From: Eledone cirrhosa | Lineage: Eukaryota | NCBI GenBank assembly: GCA_964016885.1 | Contig: OZ024753.1 | Coordinates: 19,902,001 to 19,966,000, forward strand | Reading direction: 5' to 3' | DNA length: 64,000 bases | Shown: one piece after another, positions 1 to 11,753 of the stretch | Layout: every line of letters begins with the position of its first letter | How positions within the stretch are numbered: position 1 is the first letter of the stretch | Made by a program: the position numbers and the translations under genes | The notes under the pieces: generated by a model | The model's input: only the letters and a program-made list of their open reading frames with translations | What the model was told of the DNA's origin: nothing | Database searches by the model: none

Positions 1-404
1 TGGCAGCATTAGATAGTATTGCCATATATAAGAAAATGTCGTGAGATTTAGTCAATATATTATTTTGTTTTTGCGGAGAGAGGTTTATTTTTCAACATGG
101 CATGGAAGAATTTGTGTTATTTTTAGAGATATTCATGTAGATATCATCTGTGATAATCTGCCGTTTAACTCGTGGATCTATGGTCTCAATTTGTTGGGTG
201 ACTCGAATGAAAGGGACCTCCGTCAGTTTCGACGGTAAGTTCCCCAAATATTTGATCAACCAAAACGTTTCCTCGTGAGATTAGTAAGTTATTTATTTAC
301 GCAAGTTAAACGCCCGTATAGAGCTAAAAAGCCACGGAAGTCTATGCGAAGTATCGAGGATTTCCTGCAGTCGGTAATCAAAAAGATCTAGTGAAAAAAA
401 TTAA

Positions 405-738
405 TGTCTGTGTGTATGTGTATGTGTGTGTGTATGTGCATGTGTTTGTGTATGTGTGTGTGTGTGCATGTGCATGTGTGTGTGTGTGTATGTGTGTGTG
501 TATGTGTGTGTATGTGTGTGCATTTATGTGCGTGTGTGGGTGTGTGTTTATGTGTCTGTGTATGTGTGTATGTGTGTGTGTATGTGTGTGTATGTGTGTA
601 TGTGTGTATGTGTGTGTATGTGTGTCATTGTGTGTGTGTCTATGCGTGTATGTGTGTGTGTATGTGTGTGTGTATGTGTGTGTGGTGTGTGTGTATATGT
701 ATGTGTGTATATGGGTGTGTATGTGTGTGTGTGTGTGA
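405..738. repeat. (TG)n/(TATG)n compound microsatellite
   Basis: Direct reading; produces the spurious CV-rich ORFs. Confidence 0.97.
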
Positions 739-1365
739 CTATTTATTCAGGAAATATTAAGGTACAACAGTACATGTGTGTTTAATGTTTAATATATGGT
801 AAGATATTGTACAATGTCCATTTGTTTCAATTTAGCTATTTATTCCACCCTATATATGTATAAACCCTTATGCAACACACATATATATATAACCCTTATG
901 CAACACACATATCTGTATAAACCCTTATACAACACACATCTGCATAAATGGTTTCTAGTTGGCAAAGAAAATCGAATAATAATTCTTATAAATAATAATT
1001 CTTATAAATAATTCATATATGTCAGTTTTTCCAATGGAGACGGTTTATAATGATGAAGAAAACTGCCGACTGAATATTCTGTAGATTTTTGGACTTGGAG
1101 CAATAACAAGTGCTGACCCTGTCCCCTCCCCCTCACAAAAAAAGAAAGAGACCCTGAGATAGGGAAGGTGATTCAATGGCTCTGATTTAAATATTCATGT
1201 ATGAAATCAAAAGATTTCATACAGTATCAATATTAATAATATTAGCAATTATTTGGCAATGTTGTATAATCTAATAATTACTATGTTAACTTGAGAATTA
1301 TTCATTTTAAGATCCTTACATTTATTATAGAAATATTTAGCATAATTATGTAAATTATGTCCCAG

Positions 1366-1690
1366 TACCGCCCTATATCACTCCGCCATATATCACTACA
1401 TCGTATATCACTCCGCCGCACGTCACTACGGCATATATAACGACGTCTTACATCACTCCGCCGTACATCACTCCGCCGTATATCACTCTGTCGTATATCA
1501 CTACGCCGTATATCACTCCGCCGTACGTCACTACGTCATATATAACTACGCCATATATCACTACGCCACATATCACTACGCCATATATCACTCCGCCATA
1601 TATCACTCCGCCGTACGTCACTACTCCGTATCTCACTACGCTATACGTCACTACACCATACGCCATTACGCCATACGTCACTATACCGCA
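1366..1690. repeat. 15-bp minisatellite (TA(T/C)(A/G)TCACT(A/C)CGCC(A/G)), about 21 units
   Basis: Tandem units such as tatatcactccgccg and tacgtcactacgcca. Confidence 0.95.
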
Positions 1691-2204
1691 AAGTATTCTA
1701 TCCGACGTTCTAACGTCTCTGACAATTGCCTACTTACAATCCAACGTTAAAATATCTCCCACAGAACAGTGATCCAATCAACTAGAGGCAGGTATTAACT
1801 GACCTTCTGTCGTATTTAGACATCAATGCTTATATGTTGGCGCAAATGAAATAATTGAAAGGCTCGCTCATGTATTGTATAGTGCGAGGGTGGGTTGACT
1901 GCAATTGTTTTTTGCCAGAAAATACCGTATTTCCCGGCGTAGAAGATACTTTTTTCCTCAAATAAGTCTCAAAAGTCTACCCTGCGTCCTGAAGGCCAAA
2001 GGTTGTTTACTTTTTTTTTTTCAATTTTTTTGTTTTCAAAGTAAGGGTGCGTCATCGAGGACGAAGCGTCTTCGGTGCCGGGAAATGCAGCATATCGAAA
2101 AATAAAACTTATTCGGTCATACCATGCGAGTATCTTGGTCAGCCTATGAAACTTTGAGACGATCTTCTTATATACACACACACACACACGCGCGCACACG
2201 CACG

Positions 2205-2247
<43 letters not shown>

Positions 2248-2591
2248 CATGTTAGTCAATACATTCGTAGATTGTAGACTGCATCGTTTCTTTCCAAGGA
2301 AAGAAACCTCATTTCGTCATTCCATGAGAGTATCTTTGTCAGACTATGAACTTCTCAGCCGACCCTCCTAATTTACATGAGCGCAGCTGATTTTGAATCA
2401 GCAACACTGTACAATTAAGAAATTGAAACAATCTGTCTGGAGGCTATGTAATTAATTATTAAATGTTGACAACATTGGTTCGAGGAAACTTAAAACATAC
2501 AATTTCCTCTCTTTTATATAACGTAATTACATTTTTTAAGTAAATATATTGTATTGAATTTATTACTTAAAATTATATATATATGTCTGTA

Positions 2592-2760
<169 letters not shown>

Positions 2761-3320
2761 ATACATTAAGAGAGAGAAAGACATACTAGGGTTGTTCATA
2801 AAAGCATGTGTTACATGTTTACACATACAATAAACATACGAGGGATTCGCTATCGAAGAAACAATATATTTCTTCCTCATGAAAAATTTATTTTTTTCCT
2901 CTCTGTAGATATGTATGTTACAGAATGCCTGACAGCTGTTTCAAAGTTTTTTGAACTCTTGCCAATGACATTCACTCAACTGGTGCTGAGCTGATAATAT
3001 TTTAGATTCTAAATACAATTTGCGTGATGAACATTTGCTGGCGATGCTCATTTGCATATTATCGAATAGAATATGTGTGCTGGAAATGCTCATTTGCATA
3101 TAGTGATAAGTTTGCTGGTTATAATTCCCTGAGAGTAGAACTAAAAGTGTGTTAATTATAACACGTGTGTATATGAAGATAACGCGGAAAAAAGGATACA
3201 ATACAAGGAAGATAAGTGTCAGTTTAACTCTGAATATAAAAAGTAAAGTTACTTGACGTATTGTATCTTCGTCCTTTATCAGGATATAAAAATCAAAGAA
3301 TAAGATAGAATGAGAAGAAG

Positions 3321-3392
<72 letters not shown>

Positions 3393-3459
3393 ATATATGG
3401 CTGAGTGGCTACACCGTGTGTTTTTTCTTCCCCTTTCCTCCGTCCCTTCCTCTTCTTTA

Positions 3460-3495
3460 TCTTCTGATGAAGGAGTAGTGTCCGAAACGTTAAAA
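3460..3495 (+). ncRNA. Minimal hammerhead-like motif in a solo PLE pLTR-like fragment (about 3398-3580)
   Basis: CTGATGA-a-GGA-gtagtg-TCC-GAAACGTT; palindromic AACGTT at stem III; stem I weak. Confidence 0.55.
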
Positions 3496-3689
3496 CTCTT
3501 TTTTCGGCTATTTCAAGCGTGAAACTAATATATTTCTTCGATATAATGTATCGTTTGTTATGCTATTTATGTTTACCTTTTACATACATCCATACAAACA
3601 TACATACATCCATCCATATATACATACATTCATACAAACATACATACATCCATCCATATATACATGCATACATACATTCATATGTATAT

Positions 3690-4230
3690 CATGGTTGCCC
3701 CCTCGTTATCGTGTATGGCCATTGCTCGATAGAACATTATTAATAATTATTAATTAATTCAAGTGGATTGGCAGTATCGGTAGAGGGTCGGACGCCATGC
3801 TTTCCAGCATAGTTACGTCCCTTTACGATCTGAGTTCAAATCCCGCCGAGGTTGACTTTGCCTTTCATCCTTACGGTGTCAATAAAATAAAGTACCAGTA
3901 ATGCACAGGGTAATTGCTGGCCTTCTGCCTAAAGTAGAAACAATTAATTAATTCAATCGTGCAATGCCTGAGCGTTTAGATTTTTTTAGAGTGAGGAAAG
4001 ACTATGCACTGAGCCAATCCCACTCTCTGAGTAACAGTAGCTATAACCCGAAAAGAAGAAAAGATCAATATCATCGGTACCTACTGAGCCGTAGGATTTA
4101 TATCGGAGTTATTCCAGTTTTCTGAGTTGCCTTCTCCTAGAAGCATGCCCTGACAAAGGCTAGGGGTCTTTTACTATCAGTTGTTTAACCACGCAATCGA
4201 GTATCCAGCCCGATTATTTCCATGTCCCCA
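3690..4230 (-). mobile_element. Short non-autonomous RTE-type retroposon, interrupted by a SINE
   Basis: Reverse-complement match to 20696-21243 and 63868-64000; ends GCA(A/G)CCAT plus (GTAT)n like the RTE 3' end at 41735. Confidence 0.7.
3762..3945 (+). mobile_element. tRNA-headed SINE (main family)
   Basis: A-box-like tggcagtatcggtag, B-box gagttcaaatccc, core ttgcctttcatccttacgg..ataaaataaagtaccag; TSD attaattaattcaa. Confidence 0.92.
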
Positions 4231-5168
4231 CGCAAATATACACATTTGCATACATGTATATATATGTATATACATACACACAAATATACATATGTATATT
4301 TACACCATTTGGTATAGCCTTTACCGCTTATGAGTTCTTCCACACTTTGTCGAGTCGTGATTTTTGTACCAAACCACCCTTCGTACCAAGTAAACTTGGT
4401 GCGGAGGATTAGAAAGTGAGTTTCTTTTACAAAATGAAAAATAACCGAGGTGTCCTACACGAGTGAAAGTATAAAGAAAAAAAGATGAAATCGAAAATGC
4501 AACCGGAGTCTTATTTTTTAAAACATATATATATTTATTTGGTTCCTTTACCGGTTTCGCAGTTCTTCTGCTTTTCAAAAGTAGAGTTGAGATGGAGGGT
4601 CTGGAGTTTTTCTCACATCTGGTTCGTCTTTCAATGTTACTCGTTTTATATAGAAAAAAATTGCTCGAAACGCCCGGTTTTTAGAGAAGTAATTTGATTT
4701 GTTGGTCAATAAGTATAATAAATTTCGCCCCAATTCACGTTACAAAGTTCTTCAAACAAGAGGAGGGGGCTCAGGGTGTGTTTTCCTATATGAGTGAAGT
4801 TTGGTTGGTGGATGCAGTCACGTGAATAAGCACATCAGCTTTCGCGGCAGTTTGTTTGAATTTCTTTTACTTTAAAAAAATGGGCTCACGAAGGCTTTTT
4901 TTTTTATAAATGTAATTTGATTGGTTATAAATGAAATTATGCTGTCACGTGAACAAGTTCATTAAATTCGCGCCCGTATTTGGGAATTTATTTTGTAGCC
5001 TTTTAGAGAATTTTATGACAAACAAAAGATAATGTGTTGTTAGCCCTCCGAGGAACATATGAATCCAGTTCCTCTGAGGACTAACAACACACCCAGGAGC
5101 TGGACATAACGATGTATTGACAGAGTGGAACACATTTCAAGAACCTGTCTTTTCCACATTAATTCGGA

Positions 5169-5221
5169 CTGCCTGAAGAAGTCACAACCAATAATAGCTG
5201 TCACCGAAATATTTATAGCAG
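5169..5221 (+). ncRNA. Type I hammerhead ribozyme motif (PLE pLTR)
   Basis: ctgc-CTGAAGA-stem II (gtcaca/tgtcac, imperfect)-GAAA-tattta-TA-gcag. Confidence 0.7.
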
Positions 5222-5621
5222 ATAATTTATAATAAACGAAGCCAAATTTTACATGTTTGACTTACCTATATTACGTTACTCCGGAGTAAACAAACTATCC
5301 TGCGTACTTCGTCGAGTGCTCCAATCGGCATACTGGGGTGTCGGTAAACGACCAGCATATACTAAAAATTTATATATATATGGCGGCTCCCATACTTGTC
5401 GATGTCTGCACACAGCCGGCTTCTTCCTGACAAGAACACAGAAATATAATCAACATCAGTAATGGACTGACAGTTATTTAGCGACCTAGAATGGATAAAA
5501 GATGAAACTGACCCCAACTACATTCGAACCCAGACTAGAGAGTGTTAGAACCAATGACGCACTAAGCTGTATCTGACGTATCAATCATTCTGCCAATTCA
5601 CTGCCATTTTTTACCAATAAC

Positions 5622-5807
5622 TATTTCTACTATTGGCGCAAGGTCAGCAATTATTCCAGTACATTACTGGTACTTTATTTTATCGACCCCATAAGGATGA
5701 AAGGCAAAGTTAACCTCGGCGGGATTTGAACTCAGAGCATAATGGGACGTAACTCTTTGCTTTAAAGCACGGCGTCAGACCCTCTACCGACACTGCCAAT
5801 CCACCAC
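5622..5807 (-). mobile_element. SINE (main family)
   Basis: Full-length reverse copy; 15-bp TSD ttttttaccaataac. Confidence 0.92.
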
Positions 5808-5826
5808 TTTTTTTACCAATAACGTA

Positions 5827-6035
5827 TGGTGGATTGGCAGTATCGGTAGAGCGCCAAACAATGCTTTGTAACATAGAGTTATGGAGCCTTACGTTCTGAT
5901 TTCAAATCCCGCCGAGATTAGCTCTGCCTCTCATCCATACGGGGTCGATAAAATAAAGTACCAGTAATGTACTGGGGTGGATTTAATTGCCTCACCCTTC
6001 CCCTTCAAATGTGCCATATAAAGAACCAATTATTT
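5827..6035 (+). mobile_element. SINE (related subfamily), head-to-head with the previous copy
   Basis: Same head and core; different 3' part (ggggtggatttaattg...). Confidence 0.85.
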
Positions 6036-6658
6036 CCAATAACATCTTTCTCAAAATATAGGCCTACATTTTACAAAATTATAATGGGTTGTATTAATGA
6101 TTCTCTTCCGGGGTTTTTCATTACCATAAAACGTAATGATGAAAATATTTTGAACTGCTCTTAACTAACTCCACTTAATTTCGAATGGATTTCATTGATT
6201 GTAAGTTATAAACTGCTCCACTGGAAGCTAGAAAAACACTTTAGAGGAAATTAGACTTCGTTTAAATGACAACAAACTGTAGTTTGTTAGGCTCCCAGAT
6301 TAATGAAGTCTTATGCTGAGTTGCATATAATACAACACTTCTTGTTTATTGAAATACATACATACGCTTATATGCATATATAGATACATACATGCATATG
6401 CTTATATGCATGTATACATACATACATATATACATACGTACATACATATGCTTATATGCATGTATACATACATACATACATACATACATACATACTTACA
6501 TACATACATACATACATACATATGTATGTATATGTTAGTGGGTATACACACACATACACACATACATAAATACATACATATGAGCGTTTTATTGAGAAGC
6601 ACAAAGGTCAAACATATTTGATAAGTTTTGATTCCTTACATTTATATGTATATATATA

Positions 6659-6711
<53 letters not shown>

Positions 6712-6745
6712 GTGTTTGTGTGTGCGTATATATATATATATATAT

Positions 6746-7090
6746 ATGATATTAAATAAATGGAAACTATATTTATAAAACCATATTTATTTCATTATAT
6801 ATATTTCAGGGATAACATATTAACAACATGTTAACAATATGTTATGCCTTCATCAGACAAAATACAATATAAACATTTATAAGACTGTTTATATTGTATT
6901 TTGTCTGATGAAGGCATAACATATTGTTAATATGTTATCCCTGAAATATATATAATGAAATAAATATGGTTTTATAAATATAGTTTCCATTTATTTAATA
7001 TCATAAATATACTCCAAATACTTGTTGAGTGCTTTTATATCAGTTATAAATATTTACTCGTTGTTAACCCAACAATTTAAATATAACTTT

Positions 7091-7092
<2 letters not shown>
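6746..7092 (+). mobile_element. Foldback PLE pLTR insertion in (TA)n with two hammerhead motifs
   Basis: Inverted arms about 6746-6875 and 6886-7004, then a tail of about 90 nt. Confidence 0.85.
6897..6962 (+). ncRNA. Type I hammerhead ribozyme motif (mirror copy at 6788-6864, -)
   Basis: tattttgt-CTGATGA-aggcataacata/tatgttatccct-GAAA-tatata-TA-atgaaata. Confidence 0.8.
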
Positions 7093-7180
<88 letters not shown>

Positions 7181-7360
7181 TAATCAATGAAAAAAGAGTT
7201 AGTTGATTTCTGATCAATTCTTTCTTACATTTTCTATGTATGTTGTCCGAGGAGGACATGTTTTTCTTTATGATATACATAAAACTTTACAACTTCGCAA
7301 TATATATAATGAAATAAATAGAGATGATATAAAGTATATATCTTTGGTTTATTACTATTT

Positions 7361-7428
<68 letters not shown>

Positions 7429-7519
7429 TCAATACTCATCTTCTTCCATTTATCTGAGGGTTCTAAACCCCATTATCAGGCTACAATTCCTTTAGTCAAA
7501 AATACGGGGAAAGCTATTC

Positions 7520-7582
<63 letters not shown>

Positions 7583-7928
7583 TTCTTCCACTTACTCCTC
7601 TAATGATAGTGGGTGCAAGGTCCAAGAACATTCCTTCCACTATCTTAACCAATCAAAGGAAGCGATCCGGAATATATATTTATATAGTATGAGTATTCTT
7701 ATATCTACCCTTTTTATATACTACCAATAAAGATCCTAACTTCATTGTTTCCACAGAGGACGGTATGATCAAACCCATATATTATGTCTGATAGTATACA
7801 ATTTTCTAACAGCTATAGATCAGTCAATATATCAATATGATCAACCCTCCGAAACGATCGTAAAACAATGAATGACATATGTAAAATAACTTGCCTTTTG
7901 TTGTGAATTTCCGTTGCGAATTTATGTG

Positions 7929-7962
<34 letters not shown>

Positions 7963-7997
7963 GCGCGCCCACACACGCACACACACACACGCACACA

Positions 7998-8031
<34 letters not shown>

Positions 8032-8656
8032 GGGACCCCCCCCCCCCCCCCAGCACCCACACACATACACACACACATATATATATAGTTTGGAATATAA
8101 GACAAAAACAAGAAACAAAAAACAAACAAACGCAGGAGTAAATGTTACAAATATTATTAGTATGTATGTACATATATATATATATGTATGTGTGTGGGTG
8201 TGTGGGTGTAATTCAAGTACATGTTGGTTAATTACCGACACTTGAGTATGCAGGGTAGAGCACCCAACAGTTGCACAGGTGGGTCTATTTAATCCGGAGT
8301 AATTTAAAAACAAGAAGTGTAAGTCAACAGGTTAAAATTAACCTCGTTTATTCATATTCGCTGTTATATATATATTTCGGTGATATTATGCAACAGCTAT
8401 GACCTCATCATACAGCTAGAGGGACCAGAAAAAAACCCAGAAAAATATAATGATGGAACAAAGCTTACTATTGTTATTTAGATTTTTCGATATGCTCAGT
8501 GCTGAAGTATAGTGTTTTCTGAAGGGGCCTTGCTACTGGTCCCTTGGGAAGAGCTTTAAACGTACAGTTGTCTGCGGAATACTGCGTGTAGTTTCACAAG
8601 CAGGCAGTTATTTTAATCAAACAACTGGAAAACTGACGAATATAAAACGTGTGTCA

Positions 8657-8701
<45 letters not shown>

Positions 8702-9639
8702 TGGAAAGGAGAGAGGAGGGGATAGGAGGAGGAGAGCTATAGAGAGCGAAGGATAGATATAGAGAGAAAGAGAGGGGACGATATAGATAGAGACAGAAAA
8801 GAGAGAGAAAGAGAGAGAGAGAAAGCGGGAGAGAGAAAGCGGGAGAGAGAAAGGGAGAGTGATATATATAGAAAGAAAGAGTAAAATATGGAGAGAAAGA
8901 GTGAGAGAAAGAGAGAGAGAGAGTTTGTTGGTAGTAATCTCTGTCGCCTCATCTTAAGATTGGAATATTGCTGCAGTCTCCCTGGCGGATAATTTTTTGT
9001 ATTTTAGGTGTGTTGTTGTTTCTTTATTTTAGTGTTACTTTAGTTCTAATAGAAACTAGTTGATATATCATTTATGATAATTTAAAACATTTCGTCATTT
9101 ACCAGAGATTTTATCTTCAATGATTAGAGAATATTTGCGCCATTAAATGACGGCAAGACTTTCAAAGATATCGACAATTGAATAAAGCAAAAATAAAGAA
9201 AGGAAGTCTGCTTAATTTCATTCAGAAGTTAGTAATCAGTATTTTAGTTAACAGTTGAGACGAAACTTAAAACATGTTTTACTAATTTTAAATTCAGACT
9301 ACTCTCAGGAATTGTGTGTGTGTGGGTGTGGGTGTGTGTGTGTGCGTGTGTGTGTGATTTTTTAAAGATTTTATTGGAGTTTAACTGTGAAACAGTGACA
9401 GCAAAAGATGGCACGATATTCTTAGTATCAATATAAATTGCTGAGAGATTCCAGTAAATATAATTTATTAAATTGTGACAGAGACGAAACAGAGAGTGGG
9501 CAGCACATTGTGTGTTCATTAGTAGAAGAATGAAGGATTTGGTGACAATAATTAGCTGAGAATACGAGGGAGAAAAAAAACGTTTTGGGCTCCAATGTTG
9601 TTCATAATAAAAGTTTCATGACATTTTCTGTGATTATAA

Positions 9640-9827
9640 TTGTTTCTATTTTTGGCACAAGGCCAGCAATTACCCCAGTACATTATTGGTACTTTATTTT
9701 ATAGACCCCGTAAGGATGAAATGCAAAGTAAACCTCGGCGAGGTTTTAACTCAGAACGTAAAGGGCCATAACTATATGTTGTAAAGCATGGTGTCTAACG
9801 CTCTACCGATACTACCAATTCACCACC
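9640..9827 (-). mobile_element. SINE (main family)
   Basis: Full-length reverse copy; TSD gtgattataat. Confidence 0.92.
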
Positions 9828-9987
9828 GTGATTATAATAAACGGCTGCCACAAAATACTACAACATTAAAAGGTGTATTTGTTTCCTGATTACTGGCAGG
9901 TATGTATGAGAAAATGTGATAATATAAAGCAGCTTTAAAGAAACCTATTCCATTCCATTTACACAATAAATTGATAATGCTCTATAC

Positions 9988-10267
9988 CAGTCATGGGCCA
10001 CCTGCGGCCCACGAAGCTTTCTGAATGGCTCCTCTAGGTCACCTAAGTGAAATCTTTCTGATTTCTTTACCACAACTTTTCAGTCGTAATTTATCTTTCT
10101 ATCATTTTTACGGTCGAGGATAACAACGTGTAGCCATTCTGAAGAAACAACCTGAGTTACCACCCTTTTTTTAATGTGGGCACGAATGTAAATTAGTGCT
10201 TGCGGCCCGCCTGATGATGAGCCATATCTCATGCGGCCCGAATCTCGAAAAAGGTTGCCCATGCCTG
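9988..10267. mobile_element. hAT (Charlie-like) MITE
   Basis: TIRs cagtcatgggccacct / aggttgcccatgcctg, subterminal tgcggccc repeats, 8-bp TSD ctctatac/ttctatat. Confidence 0.85.
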
Positions 10268-10432
10268 TTCTATATGAAACAGACATAAACAGACATAAAC
10301 ACACGCACACACACAAACAAACACACATACATACACACACACTTACACACATGTACTTTCTAATTATGTATATATGCGAGAGTACTTGAGAACAACTATA
10401 CATTTACACTTACATCATATCTTGACTTTTGC

Positions 10433-10506
<74 letters not shown>

Positions 10507-10508
<2 letters not shown>

Positions 10509-10950
10509 TAGACCTGAAAAATGCGCAAGCTCCAAAGAGCCACAGAATGTTATAATAAACCTTCAAAAGTGTGGGACTAGAGTTGTTGCTCACAAATATT
10601 GTAACCATTATCTATCGTACACTCTGTGGCATTCTTTTATAAAAAAGAGACTCATAACGAACTCAAGACGACGCGATAGTTATTTAAGCTAATGTTCAAT
10701 ATCTCATATTAGATGTTTAGTAATGATAATACGAAATACACTTAAACCGAATTCTATATTATAAATTCACTTAAATAATTATCAGGTCGTCTTGAGTTCG
10801 TTATGAGTCTCTTTTTTATAAAAGGATGCCACAAAGTGTACGATAGATAATGATTACAATATTTTTGAGCAACAACTCTAGTCCCACACTTTTGAAGGTT
10901 TTTATAACATTCTGTGGCTCTTTTGAGCTTGCGCATTTTTCAGGTCTAGT
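10507..10950. repeat. Inverted repeat, arms about 185 bp, spacer about 75 bp
   Basis: actagacctgaaaaatgcgc... mirrored by ...gcgcatttttcaggtctagt. Confidence 0.92.
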
Positions 10951-11696
10951 TTTATATTTATTTAAGGCAATGCTTGTAATAACTCTAGTTAAACATGATA
11001 TATATTAATAATAAATTATCGATGTAATGTAATTAGATTATATAATTGTTATTCTATATCTAATAAATATTATTGGAAGATGTACAAAAATATTTTCCGA
11101 CTTTTAATAAAAACAACTACAAAAAACAATAAATATTAAATAAATATATCTTACATAATAATTATTATAGTTGAATTAATAAAAATTAAATATTACATAC
11201 ATATAATCTAACATAATAATAATAAAATAATCTAATATAATAATAATAAAAAATTTAACATAAAACGAACAATAATATGGACAAATTTACAAATAAATAT
11301 GATACAACCAATGTTATAAGTATGTTATAACGAACTGAAAAGAAAATAGTTAATATAAATTTTAAAAAATCATATATGAATTAATAATATAACTTACCAA
11401 AACGAGAAAAATATTTTGATGTTAAAAGACGAAATACAGGAAGAAGATTCGAAAGCGAAACGAAAAATAAACGTGCAAACAAAGTGGCAGTTGCATTTGA
11501 GCAACAATTACTCTCATTGATTGATTAGCCAATAAGACGATGAAATTAGCGAATAAAACGATAGATTACAAAAGATGTTTGGCAGGGATCACTACGGCCA
11601 GCGAAATCCCTTGACTTTTTTATTCACAAGCTACGCATATATGTATAAAGACATGCAGACTTAAAATGTTCTGTTGTTAGTCACTGCGTGTCTAAC

Positions 11697-11750
<54 letters not shown>

Positions 11751-11753
<3 letters not shown>

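Noticed and set aside
2105-2372. About 60-bp diverged direct repeat around a microsatellite
   Set aside because: Real but unassignable; probably old element ends
3762-3850. tRNA genes at SINE heads
   Set aside because: A/B boxes are present but there is no cloverleaf, and they are followed by the SINE core and TSDs
10211-10222. CTGATGA inside the hAT MITE
   Set aside because: No matching stems I and III; chance match
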